Below are positions 37,983 to 46,295 of a stretch of DNA of 57,560 nucleotides, piece after piece. The stretch covers positions 1 through 57,560 of the IMG/VR virus record IMGVR_UViG_3300027763_000005; one strand, given 5' to 3'. Each line of letters begins with the position of its first letter. Position 1 is the first letter of the stretch. The notes beneath the pieces were generated by a model. It was given only the letters and a program-made list of their open reading frames with translations, ran no database searches and was not told where the DNA came from. The stretch is from a virus (lineage: Duplodnaviria; Caudoviricetes). Both the position numbers and the translations under genes were made by a program.

Positions 37983-38843
37983 CTAGGGGGCCTTAGAATC
38001 GCTTTCGAGCGCGTTTAGGGTTTCCTCGAGCCAAGCCTCCGGGTTTTTGGACATAGGGTCTTTAAGGTGAGCTCCGGGCACACATAGGGCATCTGTCACA
38101 TGGGGCATCGCGGGCAGGAATATATCTTTCATCAAGGGCCTTGAAACCTTGTCATTCACATAGGGCCAGCGGCCTTGAAACCCGCCTAAAGCGTATCCCA
38201 GCGCAAACCCGATTTGACGGGGCATTGATTGACTGGAAAGCACATGCGCCGCCCGTGCCAGATCAAGCGGAGCCGTATCGATACGGGCGAAAAACGCGCA
38301 AGCGTCCATGCCAGCGGGACCGCCTTGAAGGAAGGCTCCGGCCCACAATTCGACGGGGCGTCGGGCAGATAGAACCCGAACTAAGGCCAGAATCGCCGCC
38401 CCGCGCCGTTCCATGATATCGGCGGGAATTCCTTCGCTTGCGGTCAGATCGACAATGATTGCCAAGGGCGCGCTGTCGCTTTCGACAATGGTTCTACGCC
38501 GCATTGATAGAGGCTGCCCGGCAATGTATGCGGGCACGTCAGGGCATCCTCCGGCAATATCATTGCGCCATGTTCTTTTATTGGATTCGAAAGCATACTT
38601 TTCCATTTTGGAAAGCATTGCGTCACTAGCTGCAACGCGCGACATATCTCCGAAAGTCGCGCGTTTCACGGCTTCCTCAGGTGACAGGCCCCCGTCCCAA
38701 TTCGTGCCTTGCTTAAGCTTGCCAGCGCATAGCGCCGCGATCGCCATTTCGCCGGGGCTATCGTAAAACCAAAAATTGGTCACGGCTTTGCGGCCCAATG
38801 CTTTGGTTACGTTCTTAGGTGTGGTTTGTGTGATATGTAACAT
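37983..38843 (-). CDS. vWA-like partner of the AAA ATPase
   Basis: G..PDVPAYIAG.P.SM, degenerate MIDAS-like IIVDLTAS, RRGAA.LALV..L. Adjacent to the AAA gene. Confidence 0.6.
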   Translation of the reverse strand: MLHITQTTPKNVTKALGRKAVTNFWFYDSPGEMAIAALCAGKLKQGTNWDGGLSPEEAVKRATFGDMSRVAASDAMLSKMEKYAFESNKRTWRNDIAGGCPDVPAYIAGQPLSMRRRTIVESDSAPLAIIVDLTASEGIPADIMERRGAAILALVRVLSARRPVELWAGAFLQGGPAGMDACAFFARIDTAPLDLARAAHVLSSQSMPRQIGFALGYALGGFQGRWPYVNDKVSRPLMKDIFLPAMPHVTDALCVPGAHLKDPMSKNPEAWLEETLNALESDSKAP

Positions 38844-38848
38844 TTTGC

Positions 38849-40078
38849 TTAACCTTCGATTTGTTTGCGTTGCTCGATAGAAAGGCCCGCCAAATATGTC
38901 ATGTCAGCGGCTTCGTCATATGAGAAACCCGCCTCGATCAATGCGGCCCCGGCCTGTGAGTCGCGCGGCGTTATCATGATCTTTAAACCGTTAACCCGTG
39001 CCCGTGCCCGTGCCCCGATAACACGTTGCGCCCACATTTCATTGCCGGAAAGGGCAATCTCTAAAGCCGCGTCATAATCCCATGCAAGCTTTACGAAACG
39101 TGACAGAAAAGCCGCGTCAATTCTGGAACGTCCTACATAATCAGCCGTGCCCCCTAATCCGAAGGTGTTAGCACATGCGATAATGACACAGTCTTTATGG
39201 CGCGGGATAACACCATCTGGAAACGTTGCCAAACCATTTGACGTTGCAGCATTCAAGGCCAGCAAAACCCCGTTATCCCATGCGTCGACTTCGTCTAACA
39301 TCAAAACGCCCCCATGCTCGAAAGCCTCACGAAAGGGCGTTCTATGGTACGTGCCCCCTGCGTCTTTATATCCAAGTATCTCATGCGGCATCGCCGTCGC
39401 GCCATGTATATGAAAAGGGAGCCCTAGGGTTTCAGCTAGCATGGTTCCGCCGTGCGTTTTGCCGGAGCCAGCGGGGCCTGTTATCCAAACATTTGGAACA
39501 AAGCCGTTTGGAAGCCGAACGGAACATGCGCGCAACAGGCGATTAAAAGAAGGGTGAATATGCCCGCGCGTTTCACGCTTGGTTCCATCAAAGCCGGAGC
39601 ATTCTATTTTGATGGACGGGGCGTTTTTAAAAGCTAGGGCAATCCTTTCATCAACAATTCGCGCAACTTGATCAGCGTCAATTGCATCTGCCAATGCGGC
39701 TTCTATTGCCAGTGCAATGGCATTGATGCCGGAACCCGTCTTTAAACGCGGGGTTTCCACGATAACACGCGGGGTTTCAGTTTCACTGTCATGTGCCATT
39801 GTTTCTTTTTCCTGATTTGTGGTGATTTTATACGTGGTTTTATATTCGCTGGTTTCTGCCCGATATTCTGTTTTGCCGGAAGATGCCCTTGCCGTGCCAT
39901 AATCAGCGGGGTTTATGCCTAAAACATGCGCCGCATTGATCATTTCAGAAACTGAAAAGCTTGCGGAATTGATGCCATTGGCACGTCTAAAATCTTTCCA
40001 TCCTTCGTGATTTGTTATTGCGGCGCGGAAAGCCTGTTTTTGTTCCGCGTTAAAAGCATAAGGCGCATCGTATGCCAT
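38849..40078 (-). CDS. AAA+ ATPase (MoxR/CobS-like)
   Basis: Walker A GPAGSGKT, Walker B LMLDEVD, ANT.G.G....YVGR..IDAA.LSRF. Confidence 0.85.
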   Translation of the reverse strand: MAYDAPYAFNAEQKQAFRAAITNHEGWKDFRRANGINSASFSVSEMINAAHVLGINPADYGTARASSGKTEYRAETSEYKTTYKITTNQEKETMAHDSETETPRVIVETPRLKTGSGINAIALAIEAALADAIDADQVARIVDERIALAFKNAPSIKIECSGFDGTKRETRGHIHPSFNRLLRACSVRLPNGFVPNVWITGPAGSGKTHGGTMLAETLGLPFHIHGATAMPHEILGYKDAGGTYHRTPFREAFEHGGVLMLDEVDAWDNGVLLALNAATSNGLATFPDGVIPRHKDCVIIACANTFGLGGTADYVGRSRIDAAFLSRFVKLAWDYDAALEIALSGNEMWAQRVIGARARARVNGLKIMITPRDSQAGAALIEAGFSYDEAADMTYLAGLSIEQRKQIEG

Positions 40079-40141
40079 TTGTCACCTGTTTAGTTACGTA
40101 CCCATTTTGGGCGAATCACGCGCGGTAGGGGCGCGGGTTGA

Positions 40142-40206
40142 ACGATAGCAAAACAAGCTTGGCATGACAAGATGCCAGCGCAATAATCACGAAACCGTGC
40201 TATGAT
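40142..40206. promoter_or_regulatory. Divergent promoters for the AAA operon and terS
   Basis: Leftward TTGTCA(40170-40165)-N17-TATCGT(40147-40142). Rightward extended -10 TG-C-TATGAT (40198-40206). Confidence 0.5.
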
Positions 40207-40236
40207 TTATTTGTCTAATGTTTTCAGGGGCTTAGC

Positions 40237-40920
40237 ATGGCAAACAAGGCAAAGGTTAAGGATTCCGCACCCGTTATTGGCACGGAAAGTCAAGATGAGG
40301 CGTTGAAGCTCGCAATGGGCAAAGGAACCAAAGATGAGCGAAGGGATGCGGCATCGGCTTTCATGCTGATAGAAGAAAGGGCGGCGCGTAAGGCTATACA
40401 GGATAGGGGCAAGGCATTGATGGAAAGGCCAAAGAAGGGAAGGCCCACAACATACAATCCCGACATGGGTGAGGCTATCTGCGAGAGGCTTGCAAGGGGC
40501 GAGAGCCTTGCCAGTGTGTGCGAAGGGAAGGGGATGCCCGGAGTATCGACAGTGTTTCAATGGATAGCAGCAAACCCTGTTTTTGCGGAAGGCTATGCCC
40601 GTGCGCGCGATATCATGGCACATGCCATATTTGATGAGTGCCTCGCGATAGCAGATGAGGCAAAGGATGACATGGACAAAGAGGGAAACCCCAATAACGT
40701 CAATGTCCAAAGGGCAAAGCTTAGGATCGATACTAGGTTCCGCATGGCAGGAAAACTGAATCCAAAGGTGTATTCAGACCGGATGGAGCAACTAGGTGCG
40801 GTTCCTGTTACAATCAATAACAATACAATGAACATTGACGCGCGCTCATTAGACGCGGGGCAGCGTGACAGCTTGCGCCAGTTGCTGCTGTCTGCCCAGA
40901 ATGGGGCGAAAGACTCATAA
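40237..40920 (+). CDS. terS: Terminase small subunit (Sf6 gp1-like)
   Basis: GRPTTY......ICERLA.GESL..VC....MP..STV..W...F...YARAR...KLRIDTR...GKL.PK.Y. Confidence 0.85.
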   Translation: MANKAKVKDSAPVIGTESQDEALKLAMGKGTKDERRDAASAFMLIEERAARKAIQDRGKALMERPKKGRPTTYNPDMGEAICERLARGESLASVCEGKGMPGVSTVFQWIAANPVFAEGYARARDIMAHAIFDECLAIADEAKDDMDKEGNPNNVNVQRAKLRIDTRFRMAGKLNPKVYSDRMEQLGAVPVTINNNTMNIDARSLDAGQRDSLRQLLLSAQNGAKDS

Positions 40921-42100
40921 TATCATAGACTTAGGTCGCATGCCCTAGGACGCGTTTTAAAGGGGTCTACACGGCGAAGTCTCGCGAGAGCTACCTTGGC
41001 ACCTAAAAAACAATGTTCCGCATTTGTTCACGTTGCGCCCAGTCCGGGCGTAGGTCTGGCATCCTAAAATGGCAGGATTTCTTGCCTAGGTTTCTAGGGC
41101 GTTTCCCTCTAGAGACTGGCATTCTGTCCTAGTATGACAAACTGGCATGGTTTGCATAACAGGATCGGCGTCCTAGGAGATGCCCGGAATGGGCAGGAAG
41201 CGGGTTCTTTTGGCACGGAAACCCGCCAAGCGCCGTCATGCTCACCTTGGGCAAAGGCTCATGTTGGGTGCTGTCACCCATTTTCGTTCTTTATAACGAA
41301 CGGTGGGCGGAGAAACTCGTTTAGAATCAGTGGGCCTGTTTTGGGTTCTGTCACCCGATGCGGGAAATCACGGGTTTTTGTTCTTTATAACGAACGATTC
41401 GTCCGGCCTGACTCATAGTGGGCGTCCGTGCCAATAAGCGGTGACAGACTCCAGACTGGTTTGTCATGACCGTTGTGGTTGTCTGTGCCCAAGTCAGGCG
41501 GATACCTGTTGTGGGTTGTCATGACAAATACGAACGCTTAGAACCGTTCTAAGTTGTCATGCCCATTGCGAGTGTGACAAACTCTGGCGTGGTGCCAGAC
41601 TCATAGTGGGGTTCAATCCGGTATGACAAACCCATCGTGGGTCGTGGCATGTCATAACAGGCGGGATTTGCGCCCATTGTGGGTGTGACAACCCATGACA
41701 GCGTGCTGTGCTCAGTCTGGGGCTCGTTCTGGGTCTGGCAAACCATTCCGGGTGTGACAAACCGCTTTGGGGTACCTCGCCCACAACCACCGTAGGGGGC
41801 TATATAGGAATGGCCGCCCCGGTCTGAGACTCCAAGCCCCTCCCTCAAACATCCCCAAAATCTACAGATTTCCTATCCAAACCTTTGGGTCCCTAGAAAA
41901 CATTTAGAGGTATACCCCCCCCCATAAAAAAAGGGTCCCCGGAAGGACCCCCCACCTACCCATATCTGTATAGACCCTGTAGGTACCTGTATCTCCCTAG
42001 GTAGGTACCCCCCCTATGTTCTTTGGGTCCCCCTGTAGGGTATTTGGCTTATGGGTCCCCCTGTATGGACTACCTCCTTTGGGTCCCCTCTACCCGTGCC
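40921..42100. repeat. Non-coding repeat-rich region (candidate pac/terminus region)
   Basis: Multiple TGACAA/TTGTCA, duplicated GTTCTTTATAACGAACG and GACTCATAGTGGG, five GGGTCCC. Confidence 0.55.
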
Positions 42101-42253
42101 AACAAAAAGCCGCCAAAGGATTTCTCCCCTGACGGCTTAAGTTTGTTTGTTGCACTTCCCAATCCAACTCAACCACTATAGCACATCAGCATCCGCGCCA
42201 CAACGCAATCAGCCAGCCGATGACGGAATCTCCCGTGTCAGGTCCGTGGGCTG

Positions 42254-42772
42254 TCATGCACACCCTGTGTGTTTACGCTGCAATGCAACGTGTTCATGTG
42301 CCCACTCGCTGCTGTAAACACCATTCAATTCCGGCCTTTGGGAGCTTCTCCAGATATTTAACTCTTCAAAAGAAGTGATGTTGGTTGTTCCATCAGCATA
42401 CACCTGAACCGGACGCGCCAAGTGGGTTGGGAGAGGAGACTGGACGTACTGGTCTGAGGGAGCAAGCATCTCGTAATTTTTTGGCACGGAATGCCAGTGA
42501 TCTGACGGAGATTGCCCAGATGACTCTACGGGAAATCCGTACACCCACTGGGTGACCTCCCGAAACTGGTCAATGGCACCACCCGGTTCACCAAACTGGG
42601 CCACCGACATCGGCTCCCATACTTGATGCTCAATAACCTCTAAGTCCCAACCCACACCCCACACCGTGGCATATGGTTTGATAATAGACCGAACTGGCAT
42701 TAACCGTGCCATAGCAATTACCGCCGGGGCAGCAATTAAACCTGTTAAAACAAAACGTCTGGTTAAACTCAT
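42254..42772 (-). CDS. Hypothetical protein with Tat-like N-terminus
   Basis: MSLTRRFVLTGLIAAPAVIA. Confidence 0.6.
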   Translation of the reverse strand: MSLTRRFVLTGLIAAPAVIAMARLMPVRSIIKPYATVWGVGWDLEVIEHQVWEPMSVAQFGEPGGAIDQFREVTQWVYGFPVESSGQSPSDHWHSVPKNYEMLAPSDQYVQSPLPTHLARPVQVYADGTTNITSFEELNIWRSSQRPELNGVYSSEWAHEHVALQRKHTGCA

Positions 42773-42799
42773 TTGAGGTGTCCCTTGTTTTTGATTGCG

Positions 42800-43015
42800 T
42801 TAAACAACCTTTAACTCTGCGGTTGATGGCGTCTTGATGGACATAACAACCTTCCTCATCATGGAAAGGGTAATCTCTTGAACCGTCCCATCCGACACTG
42901 TCTCTGAAAACCGTGCCAATAAAACAAACGCAACAACTCTCTGTGCTATGGCGTCACTGAAGTCCGCTACGTCCAAATCGTCCAACAGGGAAGCGTTATC
43001 GTCGTCCTCACTCAT
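42800..43015 (-). CDS. Hypothetical protein
   Basis: RBS AGGAG and operon context. Confidence 0.55.
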   Translation of the reverse strand: MSEDDDNASLLDDLDVADFSDAIAQRVVAFVLLARFSETVSDGTVQEITLSMMRKVVMSIKTPSTAELKVV

Positions 43016-43226
43016 TGATCGGCTCCTGCCTTGGAGGGTCGCGATGGAATGCCAGATGCCGGTCTTTTAGAAGCGTTCTAATGTCAGCCTCCTGTTCTAG
43101 AAGCATTAGGTTCAAAGCAATCAACTCTTCTGCCATTCGAAACTCAGTGTCGGAGCCACCCCATTTTACACGAAATTCATTAACAAGATCATGAATTAAC
43201 TTTTCGCAGGGATGCAACCCAGACAT
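43008..43226 (-). CDS. Hypothetical protein
   Basis: RBS GGAGG before ATG 43226. Confidence 0.55.
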   Translation of the reverse strand: MSGLHPCEKLIHDLVNEFRVKWGGSDTEFRMAEELIALNLMLLEQEADIRTLLKDRHLAFHRDPPRQEPINE

Positions 43227-43231
43227 AAAAG

Positions 43232-43468
43232 CTACCTCCTTGGCTCTTCCGGCAGCAGCATCCAATGTGTGGGGTCCTTAACGATCTGGTTGTCTTTTGA
43301 CCCAAAGAACCAGTACCCACCTAACTCAGGACGCCGCTCGGTAAGAAGGTAATACGCCACTACAGCATACCGATGACTAACTGTTTTTTCCTTGCCAAGC
43401 CGAAACCCCGAAACCAAAATCCAAGTCCCGTCTTTTGGCGCGGATTTTATTGGTTGCCAATCTGTCAT
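43232..43468 (-). CDS. DUF551-like protein
   Basis: WQPIKSAPKDGT.ILV...PTHWMLLPEEP. Confidence 0.75.
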   Translation of the reverse strand: MTDWQPIKSAPKDGTWILVSGFRLGKEKTVSHRYAVVAYYLLTERRPELGGYWFFGSKDNQIVKDPTHWMLLPEEPRR

Positions 43469-43484
43469 GTGACATCCCCTGATT

Positions 43485-43560
43485 TGGTTCGGGAGGAAGG
43501 GCTCGAACCTTCAACCTTGGGATTCAAAGTCCCCTGCGCCACCAGTTGCGCCACTCCCGA
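43485..43560 (-). tRNA. tRNA-Gln (anticodon TTG)
   Basis: Acceptor TCGGGAG/CTCCCGA, anticodon loop CTTTGAA, GGTTCGAGCC T arm, encoded CCA. Confidence 0.92.
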
Positions 43561-43570
43561 TAATTACCAA

Positions 43571-43646
43571 TGGTGCCTGTGATGGGACTCGAACCCACAC
43601 TCTGGAGATTTTAAGTCTCCTGCCTCTGCCGTTGGGCTACACAGGC
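43571..43646 (-). tRNA. tRNA-Leu (anticodon TAA), short variable loop
   Basis: Acceptor GCCTGTG/CACAGGC, GGAGA-CTTAAAA-TCTCC, GGTTCGAGTCC, CCA. Confidence 0.9.
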
Positions 43647-43659
43647 CCTACCTACAGGC

Positions 43660-43971
43660 TTAACCCTGTGACAGTTTTTCCCGCAACAGGTACCCCTCAT
43701 GGGACCAGATTTGCTCGAAGGCATCCTCATAGGCGTATCGCTCGCCTACCTGTCGGTCAAAGTTTTCCGAATATGCCGGAGCCGCCGTGCCAACAAAAAC
43801 AAACCCGTTTGCCATGCGAATGAAACACAAGGTTAACATTGCGCTTCCAACAGACAAAAGCTCGTAGCTGACAAAGTCTATTTTGGCACGGATGCTGTTT
43901 TCAGTGACCTTTGGTGCTGGCTTGTCTGCCACAATGGCATTGGCAGTCTCTAAGCTGATGCTCGGTTCCAT
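43660..43971 (-). CDS. Phage gp49/gp66-like conserved protein
   Basis: P.VT...I......LT.C...M.NGF...G.AA.....NFD..VG.RYA...A..QIW..EGYLL. Confidence 0.8.
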   Translation of the reverse strand: MEPSISLETANAIVADKPAPKVTENSIRAKIDFVSYELLSVGSAMLTLCFIRMANGFVFVGTAAPAYSENFDRQVGERYAYEDAFEQIWSHEGYLLREKLSQG

Positions 43972-43989
43972 GCTTCCCCCTTGAATGAG

Positions 43990-44059
43990 CGTGGGGAGTG
44001 GGGTTATCACCCACACCTTCCGACGTTTGCTCGCGGTGCTCTCTTTAAGCTATCCCCAC
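43990..44059 (-). ncRNA. tRNA-like element / pseudo-tRNA
   Basis: Perfect acceptor stem (GTGGGGA/TCCCCAC) and T stem (GTGGG/CCCAC), but a 5-nt D loop, TGATAAC T loop, distorted anticodon arm, and no CCA. Confidence 0.6.
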
Positions 44060-44060
44060 A

Positions 44061-44138
44061 TGGTCAAGATGGCAGGATTTGAACCTGCGACCTACTGCTT
44101 CCAAAGCAGCCGCGCTGACCAGACTGCGCTACACCCTG
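44061..44138 (-). tRNA. tRNA-Pro (anticodon TGG)
   Basis: CAGGGTG...GCTGC-TTTGGAA-GCAGT...GGTTCAAATCC...ACCA. Confidence 0.92.
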
Positions 44139-44241
44139 CTACCTCGTCATACTCATGACAGCCGGTATGATTAAATATACCATCATGCCATTGGCTATGG
44201 AAGCAAAAAGGTTTACTTTGTAAGCTTACGGGGATTTTTTA

Positions 44242-45963
44242 ATGACAACGCTTGATCTGGACGGTCGGTCGATTGATATCGAACGGCAGCTTATGGAGTT
44301 GGACAGGGCCGACTGCGAGGACGACCTGTACACCTTTCTCAAACACGCTTGGCGGTACATTGACTCCTCAGAGTTTACTGAAGGCTGGCCGATTGAGGCC
44401 GTAGCCGAACACCTTCAAGCTGTGGTTGATGGTGACATCCGGCGTCTGATCATCAACATCCCGCCTCGGTGTGCCAAGTCTACCCTGACATCCGTTGCCT
44501 TCCCCGCATGGACATGGGCTCAACCTTGGGCCAGCCCTACCTCTGGTCCCGGTGTTCAATTCCTCCACGCCTCATACGCTCAACAACTTTCTCTTCGTGA
44601 CAGCGTAAAATGCCGTCGCCTGATTGAGAGCCCGTGGTATCAAAAGATGTGGGGTGATCGGTTCAGCCTCACGAGTGATCAAAACACCAAAACTCGGTTT
44701 GACAATGACAAGAATGGCTCGCGGCTTTCAACGTCTGTTGGCTCGGCTCTTACTGGTGAAGGTGGCTCTATCATTGTGGTTGATGACCCCAACGCCGCCC
44801 AAGAAGCCCACTCGGAAGCTACCATTGCGACAACAATCGAATGGTGGGATTCGGCACTTTCAACTCGCCTCAACGACCCAAAGACCGGCGCGTTCGTGGT
44901 CATTCAGCAGCGTCTTTCAGAAGAAGACCTTACCGGGCATATCACTTCAAAAGATCACGGCGAGTGGACCCATCTGTGTCTCCCGATGCGTTATGAATGG
45001 CAACGCCATTCTTATACCTCTATCGGATGGAACGATCCTCGTGGCCTCGCGGACAATGAAGAACCCCTAGTCGAGGTCCTAGAAGACGGCGAGCGCATCC
45101 CCGTTAGCCCGGAAGCTCAAGTTGAACTTGAATCCAGAGAAGGAACCTTGCTCTGGCCGGAACGATTTGGCGAGCGGGAAGTTACAATCCTCGAAAAGCA
45201 ACTGGGTCCGTGGGCCGCTGCCGGTCAACTCCAGCAAAGACCCGAGCCAAAGGGCGGCGGTGTCATCAAACGAGACTGGTGGCAGCCGTGGGATAACAAA
45301 AACTACCCCATCATGGACATGATCATTGCCTGTGTGGACACAGCCTACACCTCAAAGACAGAGAATGACCCGTCTGCCATGACCGTCTGGGGAATTTTTT
45401 CCTCTACAACATCCGTCCAGTCCCCAAATCACGCCGGAGATAGGCACGGGGGTCGCTCTTCCTACACCCGCAACTACACCGAGACAAATCCGCGCGTCAT
45501 GCTGATGCATGCTTGGCAAGGAAGATACGAGCTTCATGATCTGGTCCAGCGCGTCTCTAAGGAATGCCGTGACATGGCAGTCGATGTTCTGCTGATTGAG
45601 AACAAAGCAGCCGGTCACTCGGTCGCCCAAGAGATAAAACGCATGTACGGAGCAGAGAAGTTTTCGGTTCAAATGTTTGATCCCAAGTCTCAGGACAAAT
45701 TGGCACGGTTATACTCCGTCCAGCACTTGTTTGCTGAAGGGTTGGTGTTTGCCCCCAACATGACATGGGCCGAAATGGTCATTACTCAGGTCGGTCAGTT
45801 CCCTAAAGGCAAGCATGACGACTTGGTGGACACCGTTTCTATGGCAATGCGCCACTTCCGTGATACTGGAATCCTTATGCGCGGTGAAGAGTGGGCTGCG
45901 GAGGCTGAAGATGCCGTCCAGTTCCGTGGAAACAACCAATGGGCACCTCTCTATCCAGTCTGA
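44242..45963 (+). CDS. terL: Terminase large subunit
   Basis: LIINIPPRCAKST, LTGEGG.IIVVDDP, QQRL...DL.G, QQRP.P.GG, DTA....NDPSA, IENKAAG, FP.GKHDDLVD. Confidence 0.95.
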   Translation: MTTLDLDGRSIDIERQLMELDRADCEDDLYTFLKHAWRYIDSSEFTEGWPIEAVAEHLQAVVDGDIRRLIINIPPRCAKSTLTSVAFPAWTWAQPWASPTSGPGVQFLHASYAQQLSLRDSVKCRRLIESPWYQKMWGDRFSLTSDQNTKTRFDNDKNGSRLSTSVGSALTGEGGSIIVVDDPNAAQEAHSEATIATTIEWWDSALSTRLNDPKTGAFVVIQQRLSEEDLTGHITSKDHGEWTHLCLPMRYEWQRHSYTSIGWNDPRGLADNEEPLVEVLEDGERIPVSPEAQVELESREGTLLWPERFGEREVTILEKQLGPWAAAGQLQQRPEPKGGGVIKRDWWQPWDNKNYPIMDMIIACVDTAYTSKTENDPSAMTVWGIFSSTTSVQSPNHAGDRHGGRSSYTRNYTETNPRVMLMHAWQGRYELHDLVQRVSKECRDMAVDVLLIENKAAGHSVAQEIKRMYGAEKFSVQMFDPKSQDKLARLYSVQHLFAEGLVFAPNMTWAEMVITQVGQFPKGKHDDLVDTVSMAMRHFRDTGILMRGEEWAAEAEDAVQFRGNNQWAPLYPV

Positions 45964-45988
45964 CAGGTGTGTGGTATCATTTTAAGAT

Positions 45989-46064
45989 GCTATCGTAGCT
46001 CAGAGGTCAGAGCGTCCGCTTTGTAAGCGGAGGGTCGTGGGTTCAAATCCTACCGGTAGCTCCA
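45989..46064 (+). tRNA. tRNA-Thr (anticodon TGT)
   Basis: GCTATCG...TCCGC-TTTGTAA-GCGGA...GGTTCAAATCC...CCA. TATCAT -10 at 45975. Confidence 0.92.
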
Positions 46065-46079
46065 TTTTAGAGGTTTGGC

Positions 46080-46292
46080 ATGTCACAGGTTCTTGCAAGC
46101 GCGGTTGTCAGTGTTGTCAAAGCCGCTACCCCAATCAATCTTGGCTTGTTTTTGGTCGAAGTCTGGGGCAAAGAGCCATATGACTATACCCGGCGCTATG
46201 AAATTCAGGCAAAATCAGATACAATGGCCGCTCAAGAAGGCATCCGTCGCTTTGTCAGCGAGATGGAAGCGATGGACGCTGCAAAGGGGTAA
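46080..46292 (+). CDS. Hypothetical protein
   Basis: GAGG RBS, located between terL and the portal gene. Confidence 0.6.
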   Translation: MSQVLASAVVSVVKAATPINLGLFLVEVWGKEPYDYTRRYEIQAKSDTMAAQEGIRRFVSEMEAMDAAKG

Positions 46293-46295
46293 TCT

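Noticed and set aside
41085-41118. Resemblance of GGGCGTTTCCCTCTAGAGACT to the alphaproteobacterial suhB/MmgR sRNA core
   Set aside because: Only a partial match from memory, with no clear terminator. Needs an Infernal search.
41134-41848. ORFs, or a CRISPR/TIGR-like array, in the post-terS region
   Set aside because: ORFs lack RBS and motifs. Repeats are short and irregular with no constant repeat-spacer period, and no cas, Nop-domain or RT gene is present.
43571-43646. Suppressor tRNA or genetic-code reassignment
   Set aside because: Anticodon TAA reads Leu UUA, not a stop. Genes translate normally with the standard code and all three stop codons are used.
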